From the NCBI GenBank assembly GCA_043779265.1, contig JAYWEM010000104.1:8-64007 (forward strand): a DNA stretch of 64,000 nt, read 5' to 3'. The DNA is from a bacterium (GTDB taxonomy: Bacteria; Eisenbacteria; RBG-16-71-46). The position numbers and the translations under genes are program-made. Shown one piece after another: positions 18,417 to 28,323 of the stretch (the first letter of the stretch is position 1; the number at the start of each line of letters is the position of its first letter). Under the pieces are notes generated by a model. It made no database searches, had not been told where the DNA came from, and was given only the letters and a program-made list of their open reading frames with translations.

Positions 18417-21400
18417 TCAGTCGAGTCGGACCATGCGCGTGGTGCTGCTCGGCAGCCCCGCACCCGAGACGCGCACCAGATAGAGCCCCGCCGCGGCGCG
18501 GCCGCCGGTGCTCGTGCGGCCCGACCAGACGAGGAAGTGTTCACCTGCCGCCAGTTCGCCATCCTGGAGTGTCGCCACCACGCGTCCCGCGATGTCGAGC
18601 ACGTCCACGCGTACGGCGGCGCGGCCGCCCAGTGCCAGCCGCACGGTCGAGTGTCCGCGGGCGGGATTCGGGGTGACGCCACGCAGCTCGAGCGTGCGGC
18701 CCGTCGGCAGTGCAGGCGGCGCGCTCGTGACCTCGATGGCCGAGATCACGGCGCTCAGTCGCACGCCTTCGACCGGGACGCCGGGGGGCAGTCCGTTCAG
18801 GAGCACGCGAGCGCTGCTGATGTGCAGCGCCGGCGGGCTCGAAGGCGGCGAGAACGTGACGCGATCGCACGGGAACGAGTTCCCCGAGATCGTGATCGTC
18901 GAGCCGCCCGCGATACCACGCGCGTCGATCTCCGGGAGTCCGTCGCCATCGAGATCGCCGCCCGCGAAGACCGCGGTCGGAGGCGAGCTCATCGTGACCA
19001 CATCGGCCAGCTGCTCGGTGACCAGGCCGCCGCTCACGTACACGCGCACGGTGGCCGGGCCGCCCCCGGCGAGGCCGGTCACGTAGCGCAGTTCGGTCGG
19101 GGCGCCGCCGTCGTCCTCCCAATCGAGCGCGTGCAGCATCTCGTCGGGTCCGCCGAGGCCAGAAGGCACCATGGCCGCCACACGCACGAGCGAGCGAGGA
19201 CTCCACACGACGCTGATCGAAGTCGGTAGGCGCTCGAACACGAAGCCATCGCAGTCGTCATCCGGCCCGCCGGATGCGACCAGCGCGCGCTCCAGCGCGG
19301 GTGCGCCGAGCATGCCCGTGGGCTCGAGACGCATCTCGTCACTCGAGGCGCCTGAGCTGAGGAGCACCGGCCCCTCGGCCTGCCCCCACGTGGCGCGCGT
19401 CAGGAATCCAGCGCGCGGTGTGGCGACATCCGCTCGCAGCGAGAGCGAGCCCGAGACCTGCAGCCCCGGGGGCGACAGCGTCATGTCGCACGCGCCGTAG
19501 CGCCCATCGACCGGACCATCGGGCGGACTGGCGGTCAGACGCGCCACCTGCGGCAGGGGGATGAGCGGGACGCTCGTCAGGCCGACGGGGTTGTACCACA
19601 CGTGCAATTCGGTGATGAGGTGCACGCCGTCATCGCACGTGATCTCCATCGGCGACGTGAGCGTGAAGCTCGTGCGTTCCGAGCGGCCGTTTCCGGTGTC
19701 GCGGATGCTCTTCACCTTGCCGCGCACCGCGGCGGCACCGGTGGAGGAAGGCGGGGTGGTGAGCTCCAGCCAGCTGTCCCCATCGAGGTCGGCCGAGGGG
19801 TAGGGCAGCATGGCGCCGTTGACCTCGACGTGAAGCGAGCGGAGGTTGATGTCCTGCATGCCCTTGCGGATCCTCTGCCCGTTCGTGGTCTCCTCGATCT
19901 CCACGTCGGCCCTGGGCGGGCAGCTGCCATCGGGGCACGGCAGCGTCACGAGTCGCATCGCGACCGGCGGGACATCGGACGGGTTCTCGTGCAGTTCGAA
20001 CGACACACTCGGCAGGCCCCGGTGCATGACCTCGACGCCATCCTGACCACTCGAGCCGAGGTTCTTGACGCTCAGGCGCCGGTCCGCGGCAGGGCTCCCG
20101 TCGTAGGCGCCATCGAGGCTCACGGTTTGGCGCGGCCCTCTCGCGAACGAGGCTCGGCCACCCTCGTCCGTGCTGCTCGCATGCAGCGAGCCGCCGCAGC
20201 CGCCGCTGCCGCCGCCCCCGCCACCGATGCGCCAGGTGCCGGGCGGCGTGCCGGGAGGATGCACGATGTGGACGTCCGAGATCTTGCGCTTGGCGCTGGG
20301 CGTGCCCACGCCGCCATGCGCGTGCAGCACCAGCTCATCGCCGATCAGCGAAGGCGAACCCGGAGCATCGAACACGGTGCCGGGCGCGAAGTGGAGCGAG
20401 TGCGCCACGAAGTCATCGGCGGTGCGCATCGCGTAGCCGGTCGGCCGCGTCGAGCCGTGCAGCAAGCTTCCGGGGCCCGAAGGACTCGGCGGACCGACTG
20501 CAACGCCTGCTGAGCGCACCTGCCACAGCAGCTCGTCGCTGGGGATCGTCGAAAGGCCCGTGACGTCGCAGGCGCCGCTCGTCGTGGCGGTCCACTCGGC
20601 CGCGACCACGTGCAGTGACGGCGGCAGTCCGGAGTAGTCGTCGTACTCGACTTGGGCCTCGAAACGCTGCGAGTGCCCCAGCACTCCCGGCGGCCGCGCG
20701 AAGAGTGAGAACTCGAGCGCGCGCAGCGCGCGATCCGCCGTGCCCGTCGGGGTCGGCGACAGCGCGATCACCAGCTCGCCGCCACTGCCGTCGGCCGCGT
20801 AGCTCATCGAGCAGGCCGAAGGATCGGCCACGTCCACGGCCCCCCCTCGGACGCTCGACTCGAGCGCGCGGACCTCGTGCGCGGGCAGCGCCGGAGGCGA
20901 GAGCGCCAGGCCGGACGAGACCGCCTCCTCGGTGATGACGACCTCTCCGGGAGGCGAGCCGAGCTCGGTCGCGAACGTGAGCCTCGCCTCGGCTGCGGGT
21001 TCGGGCGGCCCGGGGAGCTCGGCCGTGAAGACCAGCGAGCGCCCCGTCACCGTGACGCCATCCACCGTGAGGTCGCAGTCCTGGTCGACGTGGTGCGACA
21101 GACTGACTCGATGCGTCGAACTGCCGGCAGGTCCTGCCGACGTGGAGAAGCCGAGCGAGCTGAAGCTGTCGGACAGGCACGCGCCCTGCACCGTGACCTC
21201 CGTGTTCGACGCGAGCACGCGCGAGAACATGAGCTGCGTGCTGCTCCACACCTCGACCACGATACTGGTCGAGGCCGGGACATCGACGCTGTATACGCGG
21301 TCGGGCCCGCTGCGCAGCGCGCAGCCTTTGATGATCGGCGTGTTGTCGCCCGGCACGCGGTGCAGCGAGAGGTCGTTCGACCCCCCGACATTGATCTTCG

Positions 21401-21629
21401 TCCGGAGCCGGATCAACGAGCCCCTGTTGGGCAGGGTGATCGAGACCCCGTCCAGACCCTTCGAGCCGATGTTCGACACAAGCAGCGAGCCGTCGGTGCC
21501 GGTCGTGACCACGCTCGAACCCAGGGCCGTGTGGGTGTGGCCGTGGGCGACCGCCGCACTCGAGGGGGCCGGCAGCGCGGCCAGGATCAGGCCCGCGAGC
21601 GTGAGACGGGCGAGGGCGCGAAGCAGCAT
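18417..21629 (-). CDS. Large secreted hypothetical protein of about 1070 aa with a Gly-rich linker and a C-terminal FlgD-Ig/T9SS-like domain.
   Basis: It starts with the signal peptide MLLRALARLTLAGLILAALPAPSSA. It has a GGGGGSGGCGGS linker. The C-terminus is ...GLYLVRVSGAGLPSSTTRMVRLD. No catalytic motif was recognised. Confidence 0.6.
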   Translation of the reverse strand: MLLRALARLTLAGLILAALPAPSSAAVAHGHTHTALGSSVVTTGTDGSLLVSNIGSKGLDGVSITLPNRGSLIRLRTKINVGGSNDLSLHRVPGDNTPIIKGCALRSGPDRVYSVDVPASTSIVVEVWSSTQLMFSRVLASNTEVTVQGACLSDSFSSLGFSTSAGPAGSSTHRVSLSHHVDQDCDLTVDGVTVTGRSLVFTAELPGPPEPAAEARLTFATELGSPPGEVVITEEAVSSGLALSPPALPAHEVRALESSVRGGAVDVADPSACSMSYAADGSGGELVIALSPTPTGTADRALRALEFSLFARPPGVLGHSQRFEAQVEYDDYSGLPPSLHVVAAEWTATTSGACDVTGLSTIPSDELLWQVRSAGVAVGPPSPSGPGSLLHGSTRPTGYAMRTADDFVAHSLHFAPGTVFDAPGSPSLIGDELVLHAHGGVGTPSAKRKISDVHIVHPPGTPPGTWRIGGGGGGSGGCGGSLHASSTDEGGRASFARGPRQTVSLDGAYDGSPAADRRLSVKNLGSSGQDGVEVMHRGLPSVSFELHENPSDVPPVAMRLVTLPCPDGSCPPRADVEIEETTNGQRIRKGMQDINLRSLHVEVNGAMLPYPSADLDGDSWLELTTPPSSTGAAAVRGKVKSIRDTGNGRSERTSFTLTSPMEITCDDGVHLITELHVWYNPVGLTSVPLIPLPQVARLTASPPDGPVDGRYGACDMTLSPPGLQVSGSLSLRADVATPRAGFLTRATWGQAEGPVLLSSGASSDEMRLEPTGMLGAPALERALVASGGPDDDCDGFVFERLPTSISVVWSPRSLVRVAAMVPSGLGGPDEMLHALDWEDDGGAPTELRYVTGLAGGGPATVRVYVSGGLVTEQLADVVTMSSPPTAVFAGGDLDGDGLPEIDARGIAGGSTITISGNSFPCDRVTFSPPSSPPALHISSARVLLNGLPPGVPVEGVRLSAVISAIEVTSAPPALPTGRTLELRGVTPNPARGHSTVRLALGGRAAVRVDVLDIAGRVVATLQDGELAAGEHFLVWSGRTSTGGRAAAGLYLVRVSGAGLPSSTTRMVRLD

Positions 21630-21795
21630 GGCGGACTCCTTCAAGAGGTGTGCGGCGGGCGGCCCCCAGTCGGGCAGGCCGTCGCTGGTACTTCGCACGA
21701 GCCCCCCACATCTGACGCGAAATCGGACAGTGCCGCTCGATGGCCCATTTCCGGTCTGTCCCGGGCCCCGGCCGGGGGGCTACTATCGACCGGAC

Positions 21796-22518
21796 ATGCC
21801 CCCGTCCCCCGCAGAGGCACCCGGCTGGGCGAGCTCGTTGCGCGAGGCGGTTCCGGCCCTGAGCCAGGCCCGCGGCGCAGCGCGCGAACAGGCCCGCGTA
21901 TGGTTGTGGCGGCTTCTGCACGCCTCGATCTTCGCTTCGCTGCGGATGCAGGCCGGCCGCATCACCGCCGTGTCCCAGGAGGACATCGAGGACCTGGCCT
22001 CGGCCAAGTCGTTAGAACTGCTGGCGCGGGCCGAAGAGGGGACATGGAACCCGGTGCCGCACCCGCTCCACGAGGTGGCCGGGTTCATCCGGCGCGTCGC
22101 GCGGAACGGGCTGGTCGATCTGGCTCGCCGCAGGTCGCGCGAGTGTCCGGCGCTCGAGGACGAGGAGGGATGGGACAGGATGATCGCCGATCGGCTGCCT
22201 TCGGCTCCTTCGCCCGAGGACTGGGTGGGAGCGCGCGAGTTCGCGCATGCGCTCGAGGCCTGCGTGCGGCAGCTCTCGCCGCGAGCGCGGCAGGTGTGGT
22301 TCCTGCGAGCCTGTCTCGAGCGGCCGAGCCGCGAGATCGCCGTGCTCGCCGGCGTGAACCCGGCGCATGTCGATGTGATCGTGATGCGCGCGCGCACGGC
22401 GCTGGGTTCGTGCATGGCGACCAAGGGGCATCACGCGAGTGAAGTGAGGCCGGGGGCATTCGCCGTCCTATGGTCGGACTGGCAGGCGCAACAGCCGGGA
22501 GGAGGTCGCCAGACATGA
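21796..22518 (+). CDS. ECF-type RNA polymerase sigma-70 family factor.
   Basis: It has a sigma-70 region-2-like N-terminus and a region-4 HTH, IAVLAGVNPAHVDVIVMRARTAL. Its stop overlaps the anti-sigma ATG. Confidence 0.65.
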   Translation: MPPSPAEAPGWASSLREAVPALSQARGAAREQARVWLWRLLHASIFASLRMQAGRITAVSQEDIEDLASAKSLELLARAEEGTWNPVPHPLHEVAGFIRRVARNGLVDLARRRSRECPALEDEEGWDRMIADRLPSAPSPEDWVGAREFAHALEACVRQLSPRARQVWFLRACLERPSREIAVLAGVNPAHVDVIVMRARTALGSCMATKGHHASEVRPGAFAVLWSDWQAQQPGGGRQT

Positions 22519-23225
22519 GCGAGCCCGAACACCATCTCACCGATGCCAGCTGTGCCGATCTCGTCCTCGGCCTGACGCCGATCGCCGCAAGCGACGCGTT
22601 GCTCGCGCACGCCGAGCGTTGTCCCGAGTGCGAGACCAGACTGCGCGCGCATGCAGGCGCCTCGATTCGCGCGCGCGCCGAGAGCGGCGCGCTTGCCGAC
22701 GCCGCAGCGGGCGATGACGCGGTCAAGCGCGGCATGATGCCACTCGAGTTGCGCCCGCTGCGCTCACGCCCGCGCTGGCAGGACGGCGCGATCGTCGCGG
22801 CCGCCGCTGCCGTGCTGCTGGCGCTGGTGATCCCGCGCATGTCTCCGCCGACTCGCGCACTGGAGTCCTCCGAGTGGCTGCAGAGTCCGGGCGAGATGGT
22901 GCGCACCCGCGCCGATGGCGCGGTCGACCCAAGGCTCGCCGAGGGTTTCGAGGCCTACGCACGCCGCGACCTGCCGGGCGCCGTCCGCGCGCTGCGCGCC
23001 GCCAGTGCCGAGGGCGCCGCCGAACAGGCGCGCCGCCTCTATCTCGGGCACGCGCTGCTCGCGAGTGGCGAGTCGGTCGAGGCGCTCTCGTGGTTGGCGA
23101 GTCTCGACTTGGCGCGGCTGCCGGAGCCATGGCGCAGCGAGGCCGAGGCGGCATTGGCCGCCGCGTGGCGGGCCAACGGCCGCCGCGCGCCGATGGTTCC
23201 AGCGCAGGGGACCGCGCCACGATGA
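22515..23225 (+). CDS. Anti-sigma factor (zinc-finger, single-pass membrane).
   Basis: It has the N-terminal H...C...CPEC zinc-binding anti-sigma motif and a TM helix, AIVAAAAAVLLALVI. It has ATGA overlaps with both neighbouring genes. Confidence 0.6.
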   Translation: MSEPEHHLTDASCADLVLGLTPIAASDALLAHAERCPECETRLRAHAGASIRARAESGALADAAAGDDAVKRGMMPLELRPLRSRPRWQDGAIVAAAAAVLLALVIPRMSPPTRALESSEWLQSPGEMVRTRADGAVDPRLAEGFEAYARRDLPGAVRALRAASAEGAAEQARRLYLGHALLASGESVEALSWLASLDLARLPEPWRSEAEAALAAAWRANGRRAPMVPAQGTAPR

Positions 23226-25600
23226 TCCGAGGCGCACGCGGCCGGACCGCGGCCGCGGCGCTCGCGCTGCTGATCGGAGCCTGTGCTCCGGGTGAGCCAT
23301 CCATCGAGTCGCCCGGCGCACTGTGGAGCCGCACGCACGCGCGCCTCGATTCGCTCGGCTCGATCGATGCCCCGGAGCAGGCCGAGCGCGTGCTCGCAGC
23401 CGCACGTGTGCGCGCGGTGCTCGAGCCGCACGGCCGCGCGCCCTTGTGGTTGGCCGTGGACCTCGCGGCGACCGATGGCACGTGGCATCGCCGCGCGCAG
23501 TTGCCTGCCGCTCAGCGCGCGGCGCTCGCAGCGGCCGACCATGCCGGACTTCGCGCCGCCGCAGCGCTCGAGTGTGACTCGCTGGCCTCGGCCCATGAAC
23601 TGGCGAGGCGCTGTCTCGCCGTGCGGGAAGCTGCCTACGGGGCCGATGATGTCGAGTCGCTGCGAGCTGCGATGCGTTTGGCGCACATCGCGTTCCGAAT
23701 GGCCCGCGTGGCCGAGGCCGACTCGCTCGCGCGAGCCGTGTTCGAACGTCTCTCGCCGCGAGCGCGCGAGTCGCACCCGCTCGCGGCGGAGGCCGAACTC
23801 GTCCTCGGTCGAGTGCTCAAGAACTTCGCGGGACGCATCAAGTCCGAAGTGGCGATGACGCACTACGAACGCGCCCTGGCGATCCAACGGCAGGCGTTCG
23901 GAGAGTCCTCGCTCGAAGCGGCCTCGGTGCATCAGGACATGGGCAATCTCGATCGCATGATGAGGCGGCCCGAGGCTGCTCAGACTCAATTCCTGCGTGC
24001 GCTCGCGATCCGCAGAGCGAAGTTGGGCGAGCGTCACGACGAGGTCGCCTCGACTCTGACCGCGATCGCGTTCCTGCACTCATCGCGGGGCGACTGGCGC
24101 CGGGCCGAGCACTTCATCCGCCAGGCCTTCGAGGCGACGCCATCGATTGCGGACCTGCCGCCCGCGACCGCCACGCTCCGGCACGGTCTGCACGGCCAGG
24201 TGCTGCGTCGACTCGGGCGCGACCGCGAGGCCATCGTGTCGCTGCGGATCGCCGCCGCCGAGGCCGAGACCGCGTGGGCGAGGAGCGAGCGCGATGCGGG
24301 AAGCTCGGTGCAGTCGGGCCTCAGCATCCATCGCGAACTGGCGCTGGCTCTGGCGGCCGAGGGGCAGCCCGATGCCGCGTTCGCCGAGCTCGAACTGGGT
24401 CATGCGCGCACCTGGGCCGAAGTGGCGGGCGGCGATGATCCGTGGAACGGCCTGCTGGCACGGGTCCAGCGCGCCTGTCCCGAGGACGTCGCGCTCATCG
24501 CGTGGCCGCGCATGTTCGTCGCTCCACCCGGCGGCGACTATCCCAAGTGGGCCTGCGTCATTCGCTCGCAGGGCCCCGTGGTCTGGGTGAAGCTGCCGCG
24601 CGATCGCACGTGGGCCCGTCGCGACCTCCCGGCCCGTGATGCGCTGCTGATGGAGATGGATCGCGCCTCGCACTGGCCGTTGCGCCTGTCGGACACGCGC
24701 CTCGTGGATTCGCTCGGACGCGCATTGGCGCGCGAGTGGTTCGATCCCATCGAGCCGCACCTGACGGGGGCCAAGCGCCTCATCGTCTTCGGTCCCGCCC
24801 TCATGGGCTCGGCCCCTCTGGCGATCCTGCGCGACTCGAACGGACGTCGGCTCGACGAACGCTTCACGGTCCACTACACGCCATCGGCGCTCGCATTCGC
24901 CACGCTCGCCGAGCGCACGTCGGACCTCACATCGATCGTCCCGCACGCTGTACTGGTCGGTGCGCCGACGCTGGCGGCCGACTCCGTCGAGTGGGCGCCG
25001 CTGACCGGTGCCGCCGAGGAACTGGCTTCGCTCGGGCGGTTGTTCCCCGAGGCCACCGTACTCACCGGGCGGTTGGCGAGTGCCGCGAACCTGCGTGCCG
25101 TGCACGCTCGGCGCGCGCTCGAGCGAGGCGATGTGCTGCATCTGGCTGCGCACATCGAGATCGACGCCAGCCGCGTGATGCGCTCGTCGTTCGTTCTGGC
25201 GCCCGACCGACCGGGAGACGACATCAGCTCGCGACTCTCCGCCAGCGAGATCTCATCGACGTGGAAGGTCGGCGCGAGGATCGTGAGTCTGGCCGGGTGC
25301 CGCTCGATGTTGGGGCTCGACTCGGCGTCCGAGGGCTGGTTGGGGCTCCAGAGTGCATTCCTTGCGGCCGGCGCGAGATCCGTGCTGGTCACACTGTGGA
25401 GCGCCGACGACGATGCGACCGCCCGGCTGATGACCGAGTTCTATCGCAGGCTGCTCGATCGCGCGGTCCCGGTCGATGCCGCCGAAGCGCTGCGCGGCGC
25501 CCAGCAGAGCGTGCGTGCGTGGCATGCCGCCGATGGCACGATGCCCTACGCGCACCCCGTCTACTGGGCGGGATTCGCGCTGGTCGGCAGCGGGGAGTAG
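23222..25600 (+). CDS. CHAT-domain (caspase-like) protein with TPR repeats; predicted lipoprotein.
   Basis: The lipobox is LALLIGAC. It has TPR-like repeats. The C-terminal CHAT region holds the His/Cys dyad (LHLAAHIEID ... SLAGCRSM). Confidence 0.7.
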   Translation: MIRGARGRTAAAALALLIGACAPGEPSIESPGALWSRTHARLDSLGSIDAPEQAERVLAAARVRAVLEPHGRAPLWLAVDLAATDGTWHRRAQLPAAQRAALAAADHAGLRAAAALECDSLASAHELARRCLAVREAAYGADDVESLRAAMRLAHIAFRMARVAEADSLARAVFERLSPRARESHPLAAEAELVLGRVLKNFAGRIKSEVAMTHYERALAIQRQAFGESSLEAASVHQDMGNLDRMMRRPEAAQTQFLRALAIRRAKLGERHDEVASTLTAIAFLHSSRGDWRRAEHFIRQAFEATPSIADLPPATATLRHGLHGQVLRRLGRDREAIVSLRIAAAEAETAWARSERDAGSSVQSGLSIHRELALALAAEGQPDAAFAELELGHARTWAEVAGGDDPWNGLLARVQRACPEDVALIAWPRMFVAPPGGDYPKWACVIRSQGPVVWVKLPRDRTWARRDLPARDALLMEMDRASHWPLRLSDTRLVDSLGRALAREWFDPIEPHLTGAKRLIVFGPALMGSAPLAILRDSNGRRLDERFTVHYTPSALAFATLAERTSDLTSIVPHAVLVGAPTLAADSVEWAPLTGAAEELASLGRLFPEATVLTGRLASAANLRAVHARRALERGDVLHLAAHIEIDASRVMRSSFVLAPDRPGDDISSRLSASEISSTWKVGARIVSLAGCRSMLGLDSASEGWLGLQSAFLAAGARSVLVTLWSADDDATARLMTEFYRRLLDRAVPVDAAEALRGAQQSVRAWHAADGTMPYAHPVYWAGFALVGSGE

Positions 25601-25617
25601 GGGGCCGGCGTGTGAGC

Positions 25618-26730
25618 TCAGTCGAAGGCCGCGAACTTGTTCGAGTCTCGTGTGAGCAGCTGCAGAAGCCTCTTGTTGAGGAACAGCACCTCACGGCCGT
25701 GCGCGTGCTTGCTCACCACGCCGATGCGCTCGAGCTCGTGCAGATGTTTCGACGCCGTCTGACGTGTGATTCCCGAGGCGGAGACGAGCTGGTCGATCCG
25801 CGTGTAGGCACCGCTGAACACCAAGTCGACGAGTTCTCGCGTGTAGATCTTCGGCAGTTGTCTGCGAACGTGCGCGACGGTGGCAAGCTCCAGTTCGCGC
25901 ATGGCCTCGACCTTGCCGGTGGTCCAGCGGGCCGTCTCCTCGATCCCGCGGAGCATGTAGAGCACCCATGGCTCCCACGTCCCGTGCCTCGTCACGTCGA
26001 GCAGCAGTCGGTAGTACTCGGCCCGGCTCCTGAGGATGTATCGGCTCAGATAGAGCACCGGAATCGGAAGCAGCTCCGCCTCGATCAACGCGAGGCTGAT
26101 CAAGATGCGGCCCGTTCGACCGTTGCCGTCGGTGAAGGGGTGGATGGCCTCGAACTGGTAGTGAGCGACAGCGATTCTCACGAGTTCATCCGGCGGTGGC
26201 GGCTCATGACTGAATCGCTCCCAGTCCGCCAGAAGCGCTCGGAGCTTCGACTCGCCTTGAGGCGGCGTGTAGATGACTTCCCCGGTGCTCGGGTTAGCGA
26301 GCTTCACTCCGGGCACCGTGCGAACAGCCATGACGGTTCCCTTGATTCGCGAGCACACCGCCTCGGCCGTGCGGGTGGTGAGCGGCCGCTGCTTCAACTG
26401 CTCGGCGCCCTCCATGAGCGCATGCCGGTATCGGAGCGCTTCCTTGATCTCGGGTGCCGCCTTGTCCTCGGTGCCAATGTGGCGGAACAGATCATCCACG
26501 GTAGTGATGATGTTCTCGACTTCGGAGCTGGCCTGGGCCTCGAGGAGCGGAAGGGTCGCGATCAGCAGCCCGGCTGCTTGGATGTGCGTACAGGCGCCTC
26601 GGAGCTCCGCCAGCGCCTCTTTCGCCCCGATGCACCCGCGGAGCACATCGGTGCTCTCGAAGTTGTTGCGGCCCATCAGGATGGGCAAGTTGTTGTGGGG
26701 GGCGTCGGCGAGCCACTCGGGTCTTGTCAT
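25618..26730 (-). CDS. Fic/DOC family protein (AMPylator family).
   Basis: It has the HPFTDGNGRTGR Fic motif and a C-terminal winged-HTH-like region. An AT-rich 135-bp region lies upstream. Confidence 0.8.
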   Translation of the reverse strand: MTRPEWLADAPHNNLPILMGRNNFESTDVLRGCIGAKEALAELRGACTHIQAAGLLIATLPLLEAQASSEVENIITTVDDLFRHIGTEDKAAPEIKEALRYRHALMEGAEQLKQRPLTTRTAEAVCSRIKGTVMAVRTVPGVKLANPSTGEVIYTPPQGESKLRALLADWERFSHEPPPPDELVRIAVAHYQFEAIHPFTDGNGRTGRILISLALIEAELLPIPVLYLSRYILRSRAEYYRLLLDVTRHGTWEPWVLYMLRGIEETARWTTGKVEAMRELELATVAHVRRQLPKIYTRELVDLVFSGAYTRIDQLVSASGITRQTASKHLHELERIGVVSKHAHGREVLFLNKRLLQLLTRDSNKFAAFD

Positions 26731-26865
26731 GTTACCAATCCCTCCATTTATCGAACACGTTGGCAAGATATGTTCGTTCGGCAACCATGTCAATGGGATA
26801 TGTCGCAAACCAAGGCAGAAAGTTAACATGTTACAGGTCAAGGGCATCAGAGGTTCGCCGAGCCG

Positions 26866-28221
26866 ATGAACACCGCATACCGTGCCCGGATGCCCCCACG
26901 CTCCGTCATCGTGATCGGGGCCGGCGCCGCCGGCCTGACCGCTGCCATCCGCGCAGGCGAGGCCGGTGCGCGCGTCACGCTGCTCAACGCGCACCCAAGA
27001 GTGGGCCTCAAGATCCTCATGAGCGGCGGCACCCGCTGCAACGTGACGCATCGAGAAGTCACCGAGCGCGACTACCACGGCGGCTCGCAGAAGGTGGTCG
27101 CCCGGGCACTGCGCGCGTTCACTCCGGCGCAAACGCTCGAGTGGTTCGAGCGCGACCTGGGTGTGGCGGTGAAGCTCGAGGACACGGGCAAGTACTTCCC
27201 CGAGAGCGATGACGCGCAGAGCGTGCTCGATGCCTTGCTCGCGGCGAGCGACCGGGCGGGTGTGGTGCTGCGCGCGGGTACGCAGGCCGTGCGGCTGGAG
27301 CGTGGCGACGAAGGCTGGCGTGTGGGCGTGCGCAAGGTGGTCGACAGCGCCGCATTCGGCGCGGGCGTGAAGGCGCACGGCGGCACCGAGTGGCCGCTGC
27401 CCGCTGCCGAACCCAGCGAGTGGCTCGAGTGCGATGCCGTGGTGATGGCCGCAGGGGGACTCAGCTTTCCTCGTACCGGCAGCGACGGCACCGGCTACGC
27501 GCTGCTGCGAGCCCTCGGCCACACCATCGTGCCGCCCGTGCCCGCGCTGACCCCGCTCGCTTCGGACGACGACCTCTGCCGCGGCGCGCAGGGCGTGACC
27601 ATGCACACGGAACTGGCGCTGTGGGCCGACGGCCGCATCGCGACGCGCGTGCAGGGTTCGCTGTTGATCGCGCACTTCGGCTACTCGGGCCCCGCCGCGC
27701 TCGATCTGTCGCGCCACTGGCATCGCGCCGAGGGGCACACGCGGCGCGTGACCGTATCGTTAGTGCCCGGCGCCACGTTCGAGTCGCTGGAGACCGATTG
27801 GCTGCTCGACGCCAAGCGTCACTCCGGCCGCGGCGTGCGCGGATTCCTCGGCGCGCGCATGCCCGAGCGGATCGCCGACATGATCACCGCCGAGTCGGGC
27901 CTGGGCGGCGTGACCATGGCGCAGACGCCGCGCGATCGCCGCAGCGCCATGCTGCGCGCCGTGCTCGAGCGCGACCTGCACGTGACCGGCACGCTCGGCT
28001 ACGAGAAGGCCGAAGTCACCGCCGGCGGCGTGCCGCTGGCCGAGGTGTCGGCCTCGACCTTGGAGTCGCGACTCGCGCCGGGCCTGTTCCTGTGCGGCGA
28101 GGTGCTGGATGTGGAGGGCAGGTTGGGCGGGTTCAACTTCCAGTGGGCGTGGTCGAGCGGGTGCGTGGCGGGGAGAGCTGCGGCGAATGGGGAGTCGGCC
28201 GAAGTCGAAGCGCGTCGCTGA
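26866..28221 (+). CDS. FAD-dependent oxidoreductase, HI0933/BaiN-like family (aminoacetone oxidase family).
   Basis: It has the VIVIGAGAAGLTAAIRAGEAG dinucleotide-binding motif. The MSGGTRCN and FNFQWAWSSG C-terminal signatures are typical of the family. Confidence 0.7.
   Translation: MNTAYRARMPPRSVIVIGAGAAGLTAAIRAGEAGARVTLLNAHPRVGLKILMSGGTRCNVTHREVTERDYHGGSQKVVARALRAFTPAQTLEWFERDLGVAVKLEDTGKYFPESDDAQSVLDALLAASDRAGVVLRAGTQAVRLERGDEGWRVGVRKVVDSAAFGAGVKAHGGTEWPLPAAEPSEWLECDAVVMAAGGLSFPRTGSDGTGYALLRALGHTIVPPVPALTPLASDDDLCRGAQGVTMHTELALWADGRIATRVQGSLLIAHFGYSGPAALDLSRHWHRAEGHTRRVTVSLVPGATFESLETDWLLDAKRHSGRGVRGFLGARMPERIADMITAESGLGGVTMAQTPRDRRSAMLRAVLERDLHVTGTLGYEKAEVTAGGVPLAEVSASTLESRLAPGLFLCGEVLDVEGRLGGFNFQWAWSSGCVAGRAAANGESAEVEARR
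28132..28161 (+). repeat. Left copy of a 30-bp perfect direct repeat (att-like), ttcaacttccagtgggcgtggtcgagcggg, inside the 3' end of the oxidoreductase gene.
   Basis: It is identical to 44001-44030. Homology continues with mismatches for about 25 more bp. Both copies encode FNFQWAWSSG-VAGRA. Confidence 0.7.
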
Positions 28222-28323
28222 GTTCCGCGCGCGACGCATTCGAGCGCTGCGTCGTCGCAGTTCTCGCCAGACCCCGCGAGCGAGCTAATTTGTGCTGGAT
28301 CTGTGCTAGTTCCGCCTCCAGCG

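Noticed and set aside
20170-20235. A GC-rich trinucleotide-like repeat (gccgccgcagccgccgctgccgccgccccc).
   Set aside because: It lies inside the 1070-aa CDS and encodes the Gly-rich linker. It is simple low-complexity sequence, not a regulatory or CRISPR-like repeat.
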